The notes beneath the pieces are model-generated. The model did not search any database and was not told the origin of the DNA. It saw only the letters and a program-made list of their open reading frames with translations. DNA of 64,000 bases from Phycisphaeraceae bacterium. Lineage in GTDB: Bacteria > Planctomycetota > Phycisphaerae > Phycisphaerales > Phycisphaeraceae. Of this stretch, positions 1 to 9,787 are shown in pieces. A program made the translations under genes and the position numbers. Location of the stretch: NCBI GenBank assembly GCA_963674705.1, contig OY771506.1, positions 4,928,001 to 4,992,000 on the forward strand. Direction: 5' to 3'. Within the stretch, counting starts at the first letter, position 1, and every line of letters begins with the position of its first letter.

Positions 1-41
1 TAAGGCGAGCGTGTTAGACCGCACCGAGACGGTGCGGCTCG

Positions 42-392
42 CTAAAGCTTCAGGCCTCCCTCGCGGGCGGCGTCGGCCAGGGCCTTGACCCGGCCGTGAT
101 AACGGAAACCGTTGCGGTCGAAAGCGACCTGCGTGATACCGGCACCCTTGGCTTGCTCGGCGATCAGCTTGCCGACTTCCTTGGCGGCCTCGACGTTGCC
201 GCCCTTTTCAGCCTTGATGGAGCTGGCGGAGGCGAGCGTCTTGCCGTCCAGATCGTCGATGATCTGGGCGTAGATGTTGTTGAGGCTGCGGAAGACGGTA
301 AGGCGCGGGCGTTCGGGGGTACCCGAGATACGCTTGCGGATGCCGGTCTTGCGGCGGGATCGACGTTTTGTCTTGAGTTTGTTGCTGTCCAT
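42..392 (-). CDS. rplR: 50S ribosomal protein L18
   Basis: [17 protein letters not shown] and [16 protein letters not shown] motifs; ATG at 392 chosen over the longer ORF start; spc operon position. Confidence 0.97.
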   Translation of the reverse strand: MDSNKLKTKRRSRRKTGIRKRISGTPERPRLTVFRSLNNIYAQIIDDLDGKTLASASSIKAEKGGNVEAAKEVGKLIAEQAKGAGITQVAFDRNGFRYHGRVKALADAAREGGLKL

Positions 393-449
393 CGTTGTAT
401 TTCCCGAAGCCTGTGACAAACACGGCGGGGTGTGGTGTTAGGTTCTGAT

Positions 450-989
450 TTATCCGCCGCCGGCGAAGGCCTTGCCCTGCTTGCGGATGATGTGCTCGTC
501 GGAGTACTTGATGCCACGGCCGTTGTAGGGCTCGGGCTTGCGGTGCGAACGGATTTCCGCGGCGACCTGGCCGACGAGCTGTTTGTCGCAGCCGGATATC
601 TTGATCTTGTTGCCCTGGATATCGACGGTGATCCCGGCGGGCACCTTGACGACGCGGGTGTCGGCGTAGCCGACGTTGAGGTTGACCTGCATGCCCTGGA
701 GCTTGGCGGTCCAACCGACGCCGGTGATTTCCAGGTTCTTTTCAAAGCCCTTGGTGACGCCCTGGATCATGTTGGCAATCAGTGAGCGTGTCAGGCCGTG
801 CATCGCCTTAGCGGCGCGCGAATCGCTTTTGCGTTCGACGACGACGTTGTCGTCCTCGACCTTGACGGTCACCTCGGGTCGGTGGGTCATGGACAGCTTG
901 TTGCTGCCGGCCTCGACCGTGACCTTTTCGCCACTGACCGACACCTTGGTGCCGGCGAGGGGGATGGGTTGTTTACCGATACGGGACAT
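450..989 (-). CDS. rplF: 50S ribosomal protein L6
   Basis: MSRIGKQPI N-terminus, RKPEPYNGRGIKY motif. Confidence 0.98.
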   Translation of the reverse strand: MSRIGKQPIPLAGTKVSVSGEKVTVEAGSNKLSMTHRPEVTVKVEDDNVVVERKSDSRAAKAMHGLTRSLIANMIQGVTKGFEKNLEITGVGWTAKLQGMQVNLNVGYADTRVVKVPAGITVDIQGNKIKISGCDKQLVGQVAAEIRSHRKPEPYNGRGIKYSDEHIIRKQGKAFAGGG

Positions 990-1008
990 TGCTGAAACCT
1001 TTTCTTAT

Positions 1009-1033
1009 GGGCGAGCAAGCTCGCCCGCTAAAC
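1009..1033. repeat. REP-like palindrome GGGCGAGC-AA-GCTCGCCC-GCTAAAC
   Basis: Perfect 8-bp hairpin plus GCTAAAC tail; related copies at 8617-8641 and 12005-12029. Confidence 0.75.
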
Positions 1034-1041
1034 GGGTTTGG

Positions 1042-1440
1042 TTATTCAACGGTGCAGAGCAATTCGCCGCCGACGTGGTTCTGTCGGGCTTTACGGTCGG
1101 ACATCACACCGCCGGAGGTACTGACGATGGCGATACCGAGGCCGCCGAGGGGCCGGGGCAGGTTGTCGGCCTTGGTGTAGACGCGGCAACCGGGCTTGGA
1201 CTCACGGCGGAGGGTATGAATAAGCTGCTCGCCGTTGGGTCCGTAGCGAAGGTCGACGCGTAGGATGCCTTGACGGCCGTCGTCAATGACGGCGAAGTCC
1301 TGGACGTAGCCTTCATCCTTGAGGACCTGAGCGATGCCGGCGCAGATCTTGCTGTTACGGCAATCAACGCGCTTGGCCTTTTTCAGGGCCGCGTTTCTTA
1401 TGCGGGTGAGCATATCGGCGATGGGGTCTGATAGAGCCAT
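1042..1440 (-). CDS. rpsH: 30S ribosomal protein S8
   Basis: DPIADMLTRIRNA, SKPGCRVY, GLGIAIVSTSGGVM. Confidence 0.98.
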   Translation of the reverse strand: MALSDPIADMLTRIRNAALKKAKRVDCRNSKICAGIAQVLKDEGYVQDFAVIDDGRQGILRVDLRYGPNGEQLIHTLRRESKPGCRVYTKADNLPRPLGGLGIAIVSTSGGVMSDRKARQNHVGGELLCTVE

Positions 1441-1504
1441 TATCTGGGAGCCCTTACGTGTGTTGCTTTCTTAAAGTTCCGTGTTCTTTAATTCGTATGC
1501 GGTT

Positions 1505-1774
1505 TTACCAGGACGATTTACGCATGCCCGGGACCTTGCCTTCCAGCGCCAGCTCGCGGAGCTTGATACGGGAGATCCCGAACTTGCGGTAGACGCTACG
1601 GGTCCGGCCGGTCAGGGCACAGTGGTTACGGTAGCGGGTGGGGCTGGCGTTGCGCGGCAGGCGTTGCAAGGCGGCGTAGTCGCCCTCTTCCTTGAGCTTG
1701 CGACGCAGTTCGGCGTACTTGTCGATCGTCTTCTTGACTTTCGCCATTCGGATGCTGGTGGACTTTGATGCCAT
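1505..1774 (-). CDS. rpsN: 30S ribosomal protein S14, 89-aa zinc-independent (C-) form
   Basis: [36 protein letters not shown]; only one Cys. Confidence 0.96.
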   Translation of the reverse strand: MASKSTSIRMAKVKKTIDKYAELRRKLKEEGDYAALQRLPRNASPTRYRNHCALTGRTRSVYRKFGISRIKLRELALEGKVPGMRKSSW

Positions 1775-1803
1775 GGTTATGTTCTCTTGCCTGCCTTGAG
1801 TGC

Positions 1804-2370
1804 TTAGTTACGGTCCTCGGGTTTCACGAAGGGGAAGCCCATTTCCGCAAGTGCGGCACGTGTGATTTCGTCGGTGCTGTTCTTGAAGACGAGGTTAATG
1901 TTCATGCCGTGGGTGAACTGGGCGTTGGTCATGTCCACTTCCGGGAAGATACCTTGCTCGTTGATACCGAAGGCGTAGTTGCCCCGGCCGTCCATCTTGT
2001 CGCGCAGGCCGCGGAAGTCCTTGATGCGTGGGATGGCGACGGTGATGAGCCGGTCGAGGAATTCCCACATGCGTTCGCGACGGAGGGTGACCATCGCGCC
2101 GACTTCGTAGCCTTCACGCAGCTTGAAGTTGGCGACGCTCTTCTTGGCCTTCTTGACGATCGGCTTCTGGCCGGAGATCAGGGTCAGATCGGAGATGACC
2201 TGCTCGCGGGCCTTGGGATTGAGCTTCGTGCCTTCGAGTTGCTTACCCATGCCGACGTTCAGGACGATCTTGTCGAGTGTGGGCATGGCCATGGGATTCT
2301 TGATCCCGAACTGCTCTTTGAGCTTCGAGGCGACCTGCTCTTCGTATTGTTTCTTTAACCGGGGGGTCAT
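1804..2370 (-). CDS. rplE: 50S ribosomal protein L5
   Basis: [33 protein letters not shown]. Confidence 0.98.
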   Translation of the reverse strand: MTPRLKKQYEEQVASKLKEQFGIKNPMAMPTLDKIVLNVGMGKQLEGTKLNPKAREQVISDLTLISGQKPIVKKAKKSVANFKLREGYEVGAMVTLRRERMWEFLDRLITVAIPRIKDFRGLRDKMDGRGNYAFGINEQGIFPEVDMTNAQFTHGMNINLVFKNSTDEITRAALAEMGFPFVKPEDRN

Positions 2371-2437
2371 GTTTTAAGCCCTTAGCTTAATTGTGCCGGC
2401 GGCTTAAGCCGCCTCAGCCGATGCTTTTGCTGGTGTG

Positions 2438-2773
2438 TTATTTTTTAGCCTTTTTGAGTTCGGGGCCGAGTTGTTCGCCGTTGCGGGCGGCAACGCGGAT
2501 CTTCGAGCCGTTGTCCTTGGTGACGAAGCGGACGCGGGTCGGCTTGCCGTCGGCGACGGGTGAAACGTTGGAGATGTGGATGGGCATCTCTTTATGGATC
2601 ACGCCGCCCTGGGGGTTGGCCTGACTCGGCTTCATGTGCCGTGTCTTAACGTTGACGCCTTCGACGACGACCTTCTCATCATCCGTCAGGACGCGAAGGA
2701 TCTTGCCCTGCCGGCCCTTGCTTGAGCCGGCGGTGACGATGACGGTGTCGCCTTTTCTTACGTGTCGTGCCAT
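2438..2773 (-). CDS. rplX: 50S ribosomal protein L24
   Basis: KOW motif RKGDTVIVTAG..KG..G, PIHISNV; ATG at 2773. Confidence 0.96.
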   Translation of the reverse strand: MARHVRKGDTVIVTAGSSKGRQGKILRVLTDDEKVVVEGVNVKTRHMKPSQANPQGGVIHKEMPIHISNVSPVADGKPTRVRFVTKDNGSKIRVAARNGEQLGPELKKAKK

Positions 2774-2831
2774 GGTTCTGTTACCTTTGTTCCGCCCGCT
2801 GAAGCGGGCTCGCCTTTCACCTCGTTGAGTC

Positions 2832-3218
2832 TTAAACAACCTCGGAAGCGAGGGAGACGATCTTCATGTAATTCTGTTCGCGCAGCTCACGGGCGACGGC
2901 GCCGAAGATGCGAGTACCCTTGGGGTTGCCATCGTCGTCGATCAAGACGACGGCGCTGCGGTCGAAGCGGACATAGCTGCCGTCCTTACGGCGGACGGGC
3001 TGGCGGGTTCGGACGACGACGGCCTTGACGATCGTGCCGGCCTTCAAATCGCTGCCGGGCAACGACTTCTTGACGGAGCAGACGACCTTGTCGCCAACCG
3101 TGGCGGTCTTGCGTTTGAACTTGCCGCGTCCGGTGGAGCCACCGAGGACCCTGATCACGTATGCGATCTTGGCGCCGGTGTTATCCGCAACGTCGACTCT
3201 TGATTCTGCCTGGAGCAT
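2832..3218 (-). CDS. rplN: 50S ribosomal protein L14
   Basis: [33 protein letters not shown]. Confidence 0.98.
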   Translation of the reverse strand: MLQAESRVDVADNTGAKIAYVIRVLGGSTGRGKFKRKTATVGDKVVCSVKKSLPGSDLKAGTIVKAVVVRTRQPVRRKDGSYVRFDRSAVVLIDDDGNPKGTRIFGAVARELREQNYMKIVSLASEVV

Positions 3219-3263
3219 GACTCTTTTCCTTCAATAGCCCGTAAGGGCAAGCCTGATATTCAC

Positions 3264-3569
3264 TCAGGCGTTGGCTTCCTCGGAGTGTTCAAGCGGCGCA
3301 AGGGCCTTTTCAACGATCTTGACCAGGCGCCAGCTCTTGGTCTTACTAATGGGCCGGCAACTGGCGATCTCAACGCGGTCGCCCTGCTTGCCCTGGTTTT
3401 CCGGATCGTGCACGTGGAACTTGGCCTGGCGGTGCAGGTACTTGCCGTACTTGCGGTGCTTCTGCTGGTATTCCACGGCGACGGTGAGGGTCTTGTCGCG
3501 TTTGTCGCTGACGACGACGCCGATCTTCGTGCCGGTCAGTTGACGTTTCTTGGTGGCATGTTCGGTCAC
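3264..3569 (-). CDS. rpsQ: 30S ribosomal protein S17
   Basis: [22 protein letters not shown] start overlaps the rpmC stop. Confidence 0.96.
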   Translation of the reverse strand: MTEHATKKRQLTGTKIGVVVSDKRDKTLTVAVEYQQKHRKYGKYLHRQAKFHVHDPENQGKQGDRVEIASCRPISKTKSWRLVKIVEKALAPLEHSEEANA

Positions 3570-3769
3570 TTGGTGGCCTCCCGCAGTTGTCGGGCACGCT
3601 GTTCGGTAAGCAGCCGGGCGATGTCACGCCGGATGTTCCCGAGCTGCTTGGGGTTCTCGAGCTTTTCGGTGACGCTTTGGGTCCGCAGTTCGTAGTGCTG
3701 CTTGCGGAGCCGGGCGACTTCCACCTTCAACTCTTCGTCTTTGTATTTGTGTGTTTCACTGGCTTTCAT
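3566..3769 (-). CDS. rpmC: 50S ribosomal protein L29
   Basis: [18 protein letters not shown] at 3769; between rplP and rpsQ. Confidence 0.94.
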   Translation of the reverse strand: MKASETHKYKDEELKVEVARLRKQHYELRTQSVTEKLENPKQLGNIRRDIARLLTEQRARQLREATK

Positions 3770-3804
3770 GCTTATTCTCACTGCCGGCAAAAGGCCGGAT
3801 TGGA

Positions 3805-4221
3805 TCAGGCGTGACGTCTCTCCACGAAGCGGCACTTGAACGGCATCTTGTGGGACACGCGGCTGAAGGCCTGACGGGCGACGTCCTTGGGCACGCCGAC
3901 GAGTTCGTAAATAACCGTGCCGGGCTTGACGCGGGCGACCCAGTACTCGGGCTCGGCCTTACCCTTACCCATACGGGTTTCAAGCGGCTTCTTGCTGATC
4001 GGCTTGTCCGGGAAGACGCGGACGAACAGCCTGCCTTCGCGGCTGACGTACTGACGGGCGGCGATACGGCCGGCTTCGATCTGCCGGGCTGTCAGCCAGC
4101 CGCCTTCCAGCAGTTGCAACCCGTATTCGCCGAAGGCGACGTAGTTGCCACGCTGTGCGTTGCCGCGCACCTTGCCCCGCTGTTGCTTGCGGAACTTGAC
4201 TCGTTTTGGCATCAGAGGCAT
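3805..4221 (-). CDS. rplP: 50S ribosomal protein L16
   Basis: [29 protein letters not shown]. Confidence 0.98.
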   Translation of the reverse strand: MPLMPKRVKFRKQQRGKVRGNAQRGNYVAFGEYGLQLLEGGWLTARQIEAGRIAARQYVSREGRLFVRVFPDKPISKKPLETRMGKGKAEPEYWVARVKPGTVIYELVGVPKDVARQAFSRVSHKMPFKCRFVERRHA

Positions 4222-4295
4222 CGGTCTAATCTCCTACGATCCGCCTTTTCTGGGCGGGTTACCGCGGTGTGGACACCGCGGCTCGCTATTTCTTA

Positions 4296-5000
4296 TTAAT
4301 GGCGTCCACGTGCACGCGGGCGGGCGCCGGCGGCCTTGGATTCGATTTCACCTTCGGCGACCTCGGTGTAGAGGCCGTGGTAGATCCAGACCTTCACGCC
4401 GATGATCCCGTAGGTCGTGCGGCTCTCGGTCAGGGCGTAGTCGATGTTCGCCTGCAGGGTCGCCAGCGGGATGGCCCCGAGGCGGATGTCTTCGGTCCGG
4501 CTCATTTCATGACCACCCAGACGCCCCGAGAGCATGATCTTCACACCCTTGGCGCCGGCGGCCATGGCGGCCTCGGCCTTCATCTTCATCACGCGGCGGA
4601 AACCGGCACGCTTCTGAAGCTGTTCGGCGATGGACTCGCCCACGAGCTTGGCGTCCAGGTCGGCGTTGTGCACCTCGATGCAGTTGATCGAGACGTTACG
4701 GCCGGTCAGACGTTGAAGCTCAGCGGTCAGTGCGTCGATCTCGGCGCCCTTGGGGCCGATGACCAGACCCGGGCGGGCGGTCTTGACGATGATCTTGAGT
4801 TCTTCACGGGTCCGCTCGATGTGGATATCGCTGACCGCGGCGTAGGGGGCCTTGCGGTTGAAACGACGATCGCAGAATTCGCGGATCTTCTGGTCCTCGA
4901 CAAGCAGCTCGCCGTACAACGCCTTTGGCGCGTACCAGCGGCTCTTGTGGGCCTCGGTGATCCCGACGCGGTACCCGAATGGATGAACTTTCTGTCCCAT
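4296..5000 (-). CDS. rpsC: 30S ribosomal protein S3
   Basis: MGQKVHPFGYR, ARPGLVIG, SGRLGG.EM, YGIIGVKVWI. Confidence 0.98.
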   Translation of the reverse strand: MGQKVHPFGYRVGITEAHKSRWYAPKALYGELLVEDQKIREFCDRRFNRKAPYAAVSDIHIERTREELKIIVKTARPGLVIGPKGAEIDALTAELQRLTGRNVSINCIEVHNADLDAKLVGESIAEQLQKRAGFRRVMKMKAEAAMAAGAKGVKIMLSGRLGGHEMSRTEDIRLGAIPLATLQANIDYALTESRTTYGIIGVKVWIYHGLYTEVAEGEIESKAAGARPRARGRH

Positions 5001-5065
5001 GTTTACTCTCGGTTGCGGGCCCTATCAGCCCGTGAGGATGACTCGTTTACTGAGTCGCGGTCCAA

Positions 5066-5413
5066 TTACCTCTTCCTGTCGTCCACGGTGACGGTGATGT
5101 GGCTGGTGCGCTTGAGAATCGGGTGAGCGCGGCCACGATCTTTGGGTTGAAAACGTTTCATGGTCGGTCCGCCGTCAACGCGGGCTTCGGTGACGATCAT
5201 CGCCAGTACCTCGCGGTCGGACAGTCCGTCGACCTGTTGAGCGTTTGAGCGTGCGGCCTGGAGGCAGTTCTTCAGGAGCACGGCGGCGCGCTTCTTCGAG
5301 AGCGTGAGGATATTCATCGCGTCGAAGACGGACTTTCCGGCGATCATCTGCGCGACCGGGCGTGCCTTGGTCGGGCTGATGCGAGCGGCTCGATGAGTGT
5401 TTGTGTAGGGCAT
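5066..5413 (-). CDS. rplV: 50S ribosomal protein L22
   Basis: RISPTKAR, GPTMKRFQPKDRGRA, KRTSHITV. Confidence 0.97.
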   Translation of the reverse strand: MPYTNTHRAARISPTKARPVAQMIAGKSVFDAMNILTLSKKRAAVLLKNCLQAARSNAQQVDGLSDREVLAMIVTEARVDGGPTMKRFQPKDRGRAHPILKRTSHITVTVDDRKR

Positions 5414-5439
5414 GGTGCTTAGCCTTTAGCCATAAACCT

Positions 5440-5730
5440 TTACTTCACGCCGGCGGCGCGTTGCGCCTTGGTACCGGTGGTGTGTTGTTTGAACAGTCGG
5501 GTGATGCTGAACTCGCCGAGCTTATGCCCGACCATGTCTTCGGTGACGAAGACGGTATGGAACATCTTGCCGTTGTGGACCATGAAGGTATGGCCGACGA
5601 ACTCGGGCACGATGGTGCAGGCACGCGCCCAGGTCTTGATGGGCTCATGCTTGTTCATCTGGTTGAGCTTCTCGACCTTGCGGTAAAGCTTGAGGTCGAC
5701 GAAGGGGCCTTTTTTCAGCGATCTAGACAT
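5440..5730 (-). CDS. rpsS: 30S ribosomal protein S19
   Basis: [21 protein letters not shown]. Confidence 0.98.
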   Translation of the reverse strand: MSRSLKKGPFVDLKLYRKVEKLNQMNKHEPIKTWARACTIVPEFVGHTFMVHNGKMFHTVFVTEDMVGHKLGEFSITRLFKQHTTGTKAQRAAGVK

Positions 5731-5788
5731 ATCAGAGTTCCGTTATTTTGCGTGGATCGCTAAAGCGACCACGCCGGGGCTGTCCTTC

Positions 5789-6646
5789 TTACTTCAACTT
5801 AATCTGGCCGTAGCGCTTGGAGACGCGGCGGCGGATGATTCGCTTGTTTGATGCCTTGCCGGGCTTACGGGTGCGGCCGCCCTTAGCCGGGACGCCGGAG
5901 GGCGACTCGGGGGCGCGGTTACCCTTGGAACGACCGTCACCACCACCGAGCGGGTGGTCGTGGTGGTTCTTGGCAACACCACGGGTGTGCGGGCGCTTGC
6001 CCATGTGGCGGGCGCGGCCGGCTTTGCCGAGGACGACACGGTTGTGGTCGGTGTTGCCGACCTGGCCGATCGTGGCACGGCAGTCCAGTGAGACCTGACG
6101 GATTTCGCCGGAGGGGAAGACCAGGGTCGCCCACTGGCCTTCTTTATTGGTGAGCCTGGCGTATGCACCGGCGGAACGGCAGAGCTGGCCACCGCGGCCG
6201 GGAACCAGTTCGATGTTGTGCACGTTCAAACCGGCGGGGATCGCACGCAGCGGCATGTTGTTGCCCGGGCGGGGTTCGGCACGCTCGGAGCCGGCGATGA
6301 CGGCGTTGCCATCAGTCAGCTTCAACGGAGCGATGATGTACCGCTTCTCGCCGTCGGCGTATTCCAGCAGCGCGATGTTGCACGAACGGTTGGGGTCGTA
6401 CTCGATACCGACCACCTTGGCCTGCACGTCATACTTGTCGCGTTTGAAGTCGATCTTGCGGTAGCGCTGCTTGGCGCCGCCGCCGCGGCTCTGCACGGTG
6501 ATCTTGCCGTGGTGGTTGCGGCCGCCGTTCTTGGTCTTCTTGGCGAGCAACGACTTCTCGGGGCTTGTCTTGGTCACCTCGGAGTAGAGGTTGACCGAGG
6601 CGTTGCGCCGGCCGTTGGAGGTCTTTTTGTAGATTCGGATTGCCAT
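5789..6646 (-). CDS. rplB: 50S ribosomal protein L2
   Basis: IEYDPNRS, RSAG, GKAGR, DHPLGGG. Confidence 0.98.
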   Translation of the reverse strand: MAIRIYKKTSNGRRNASVNLYSEVTKTSPEKSLLAKKTKNGGRNHHGKITVQSRGGGAKQRYRKIDFKRDKYDVQAKVVGIEYDPNRSCNIALLEYADGEKRYIIAPLKLTDGNAVIAGSERAEPRPGNNMPLRAIPAGLNVHNIELVPGRGGQLCRSAGAYARLTNKEGQWATLVFPSGEIRQVSLDCRATIGQVGNTDHNRVVLGKAGRARHMGKRPHTRGVAKNHHDHPLGGGDGRSKGNRAPESPSGVPAKGGRTRKPGKASNKRIIRRRVSKRYGQIKLK

Positions 6647-6691
6647 GATTCACATCCAATCAATTCCGACACAGGGTCGGTCTGTTTATCC

Positions 6692-6970
6692 TTAGAACAG
6701 TTCGATCCTGTCGTCGCCGACCAGCTGCACGGTGGCACGCTTCCAATCGGAAGTTTTGGCCGGGCCGAACCGCGTGCGGAAGTACTTGCCTTTGCGGATC
6801 TGCGTGCTGACGCGTTCAACCTTGACGCCGTAGATCTCTTCGATCGCGGCCTTGATCTGAGGCTTGCGGGCACGCATATCAACCTCGAAGCTGTAGCGGT
6901 TGCGGGATTCGGTTTCCCAGGCGCTCTTCTCGGTGATCAACGGCTTTTTGATAACGGTGGTAGCTTCCAT
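6692..6970 (-). CDS. rplW: 50S ribosomal protein L23
   Basis: PLITEKS, KPQIKAAIE, WKRATV. Confidence 0.96.
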   Translation of the reverse strand: MEATTVIKKPLITEKSAWETESRNRYSFEVDMRARKPQIKAAIEEIYGVKVERVSTQIRKGKYFRTRFGPAKTSDWKRATVQLVGDDRIELF

Positions 6971-7632
6971 TAGTTCGCGGCCTCCTGTTTGGCACGGCCT
7001 AACTCGTCGGAGGTCACACGCTCGATGTACGCCTCAAAAGAAGCCTTATCCACCAGCAGGTAGCGGTGGTTCAGCAGGTCGAACGCGTTGAGGCGGTCGA
7101 TCTGGGTGATGTTGACGTTTTCGAGGTTTCGGGCGGAAACGGCTTCGTTTCCGGTGATCGAGGAGAGGGCGACGAGGCAGGTGCGGTCAATCTTGAGCGA
7201 GTCGAGCAGTTTGTTGAATGCTTTGGTGCTGGGCTTATCGAAGTCGAGTTTGTCAACGACTTTGATTTCTTTATCGACGGCCTTGGCCAGGACGGCGTTG
7301 CGGTTGGCCAGGCGGCGCATCTTAGTGGGCATGTCCTTGCGCCAGGAGTGCGGACGCTTGGCAAAGCCGTGTCCACCGTGCTTCATGATGTTGGTGCCGG
7401 CGGCGCCGCGGCGGGCGTTGCCGGTGCCCTTCTGGCGGAAGAGCTTGCGGGTGGAGTAGGCGGTTTCAGACCGGTTCTTGGTCTTGGCCGAGCCCTGGCG
7501 GAGGTTGGCGTGGTAGCGGACGTAAGCCTGCTTCAGCAGCGCGGGGCGAACTTCGCCGCCGAGCTTCTGCTCGTCAACCTGGATAGTGCCGACTTCATCA
7601 CCGGCCTGATTATGTACTGTGATCTCGATCAT
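6970..7632 (-). CDS. rplD: 50S ribosomal protein L4
   Basis: RQGSAKTKNRSE, RQKGTGNARRG, SARNL. Confidence 0.97.
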   Translation of the reverse strand: MIEITVHNQAGDEVGTIQVDEQKLGGEVRPALLKQAYVRYHANLRQGSAKTKNRSETAYSTRKLFRQKGTGNARRGAAGTNIMKHGGHGFAKRPHSWRKDMPTKMRRLANRNAVLAKAVDKEIKVVDKLDFDKPSTKAFNKLLDSLKIDRTCLVALSSITGNEAVSARNLENVNITQIDRLNAFDLLNHRYLLVDKASFEAYIERVTSDELGRAKQEAAN

Positions 7633-7766
7633 CTTTGTGTCACCTACGGTCCCGTTATTGGGATGCGTTTGTTTCGCCGCCAGGGCAAGGCCCGAACCGG
7701 GCCCGATCGTGTTACCCCACGACTCGGCTGTTAAACCGAAATGTCGTGGCGAAGCAGTATCCGTTT

Positions 7767-7850
7767 AAGAGCCATTAGCATTAGCTTTTAGCCAGAGTCT
7801 TTGCCGTCATCCTCTTGCTAATGGATGAGGGCTCACGGCTAACGGCTCTT
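7767..7850. repeat. Inverted heptamer-repeat element (AGCCRTT family) in the rplC-rplD spacer
   Basis: AAGAGCCATTAGC (7767-7779) is the reverse complement of GCTAACGGCTCTT (7838-7850) with 1 mismatch; decayed 7-nt units inside. Confidence 0.75.
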
Positions 7851-7857
7851 GACAGAC

Positions 7858-8538
7858 TTACGACGCCTTGGCTTGAGCGGCCTTTCCTTTGTAGAGGCGT
7901 ACTGCCTCGCGGATCACGACAACTGCCTTATTGGCGCCGGGGATGGGCCCCTTGACCAACAGCAGGTTCTTATCCTTATCAATGCCGATCACCGGCAGGC
8001 TGCGGACGGTCACCCGTTCGTTACCCATCCGGCCGGACATCCGGATACCCTTCTTGGGCTTGCCGGTACCGAGGTTCGAGCTGCGGCCACCGACCGAACC
8101 GGGCGAACGGTGCTTGCGTTCGACGCCGTGGCTGGCGAGCTGACCCTTGAAGTTGTGCCGTTTCATGACACCCTGGTAGCCCTTGCCCTTGCTCGTACCG
8201 ATTACATCCACATACTTGATGCCGTCGAAAACTTCGACGGTCAGTTCCTGGCCCAGCTCGTAGCTTTCGACTTCGCCATCGGCCAGACGCACCTCACGGC
8301 GGAGCCGCTTGGGCTCAAGGCCGGCCTTGGCGTCGTGCCCGATCAGGGGCATCGTCGTGTTACGACCCTTGACGTCTTCGAAAGCGATCTGGACCGCTTC
8401 GTAGCCGTCGGTTTCGGCCGTCTTGAGCTGACTGACATAGCAGGGGCCGGCCTGGATAACGGTGACGGGGATGTTGTTCCCATCATCATCGTACAGGCGG
8501 GTCATCCCAACTTTTCGACCAATGATAGCTGCGGGCAT
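7858..8538 (-). CDS. rplC: 50S ribosomal protein L3
   Basis: [35 protein letters not shown]. Confidence 0.98.
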   Translation of the reverse strand: MPAAIIGRKVGMTRLYDDDGNNIPVTVIQAGPCYVSQLKTAETDGYEAVQIAFEDVKGRNTTMPLIGHDAKAGLEPKRLRREVRLADGEVESYELGQELTVEVFDGIKYVDVIGTSKGKGYQGVMKRHNFKGQLASHGVERKHRSPGSVGGRSSNLGTGKPKKGIRMSGRMGNERVTVRSLPVIGIDKDKNLLLVKGPIPGANKAVVVIREAVRLYKGKAAQAKAS

Positions 8539-8616
8539 GTTTGTCTCCGAGGGGGCACGCGTGGTGCGGATCGTGGTTTTGACACCAGAGGATCTCGCCC
8601 CTGTTTGAATCTCAAT

Positions 8617-8641
8617 GGCGGAGCAAGCTCCGCCGCTAAAC
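8617..8641. repeat. REP-like palindrome GGCGGAGC-AA-GCTCCGCC-GCTAAAC
   Basis: Same architecture as 1009-1033 with compensatory stem changes. Confidence 0.75.
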
Positions 8642-8660
8642 AGTGCAGTATTCCTGCGGA

Positions 8661-8969
8661 CTACGCTTTAATCTTTACGAACACACCGGCGGGGACGACC
8701 AGGCGGTTGAGTGCTTCAACCGTGCGGGCGTTGGGCTCGATGATGTCGATGATCCGTTTATGCGTGCGGATCTCGAACTGTTCGCGGCTCTTCTTGTCGA
8801 CGTGCGGGCTGCGGAGCACGGTGTAGCGCTCGATCCGCGTCGGTAACGGGACAGGACCTGCAACCTTGGCGTTGGTGCGCTTAGCGTGATCAACGATCTC
8901 ACGCGCCGAGGCGTCCAGCGCCTGGTGGTCGTATGCCTCCATCCGGATGCGAATCTTACCTGCTGTCAT
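8661..8969 (-). CDS. rpsJ: 30S ribosomal protein S10
   Basis: [40 protein letters not shown] at 8969. Confidence 0.98.
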   Translation of the reverse strand: MTAGKIRIRMEAYDHQALDASAREIVDHAKRTNAKVAGPVPLPTRIERYTVLRSPHVDKKSREQFEIRTHKRIIDIIEPNARTVEALNRLVVPAGVFVKIKA

Positions 8970-9043
8970 CGACAATAGCCTCTATAGTCGCGTTACTTAC
9001 ACACGAACACCCATCGCGTACACCGCGACGAGGTGAGCCGGGT

Positions 9044-9071
9044 AGTTTAACTATCGTGAACGTGGTGTCAA
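9044..9071 (-). promoter_or_regulatory. Sigma70-type promoter of the S10 operon
   Basis: Minus strand TTGACA (9071-9066), 16-nt spacer, TAAACT (9049-9044), about 75 nt upstream of rpsJ. Confidence 0.7.
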
Positions 9072-9212
9072 TTCGATGGGTTTGTATATTCACACACACC
9101 CCCGAGCCGACCGTCCCCACAGTACCGAACCGTCGTGCCCCCACGCCGGACTGCGTCGGGGGCGACGCGGCTCTGTGCGTAAAAAAACGCACAACCTCTT
9201 ATACAGCAGAGC

Positions 9213-9614
9213 TTAAAGATCCCGACAGGCCTCATCCAGCACCGCATCGGCGACGAAAATGGGCACATCATTGGCGACCCCCAGGGCGATGGCGTCGCTG
9301 GGGCGGGAGTCGATATCGATCAATTCGCCGTTGTGGCGGAGGAAAATACGTGCAAAAAAAGTAGATTTTTTTAGATCGCAGATGAGAATTTTTTCCATTT
9401 CTGCGTCTAGGTGCTGAATCACGCTGGCTAAAAGCTCGTGGGTCAGAGGCCGGGGCGGCTTCTGGCCCATCAACCTGCGCTCGATCGCGGCGGCCTCGTT
9501 GAGCCCGATCACGATCGGGAAAACACGCTCACCATTGACTTCACGCAGCTCCACGATGTGCATATCGTCGGTTTCGCGGATCAGAATCCGTGACAGTTCC
9601 ATCCTTACAGCCAT
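9213..9614 (-). CDS. Bifunctional nuclease family protein (DUF151/BFN)
   Basis: FPIVIG..EA.AI, RPLTHELL, IDSRPSDAIAL; ATG at 9614. Confidence 0.9.
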   Translation of the reverse strand: MAVRMELSRILIRETDDMHIVELREVNGERVFPIVIGLNEAAAIERRLMGQKPPRPLTHELLASVIQHLDAEMEKILICDLKKSTFFARIFLRHNGELIDIDSRPSDAIALGVANDVPIFVADAVLDEACRDL

Positions 9615-9787
9615 GCGCAGACTCCTGGTCGGTGGCGTATCCGTGGGAAAGTCATATCTTAATGATAGCCGGGCGCATGGGTTGTGCCGATGGGCGGCGG
9701 AACAATAGTGAAGATTTGTCCGAGTGTGTCTATAGCATGATGGATTCTGCGGCACACTCAGCAGCCACTTACAGGAGGTCCATCTTG

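Noticed and set aside
4269..8826. Long plus-strand ORFs opposite the ribosomal genes (e.g. 4269-5126, 7849-8826), and similar antisense ORFs at 14261-15277, 16521-17576, 33171-34055
   Set aside because: Shadow ORFs caused by high GC and codon bias of the real genes; no recognisable motifs.
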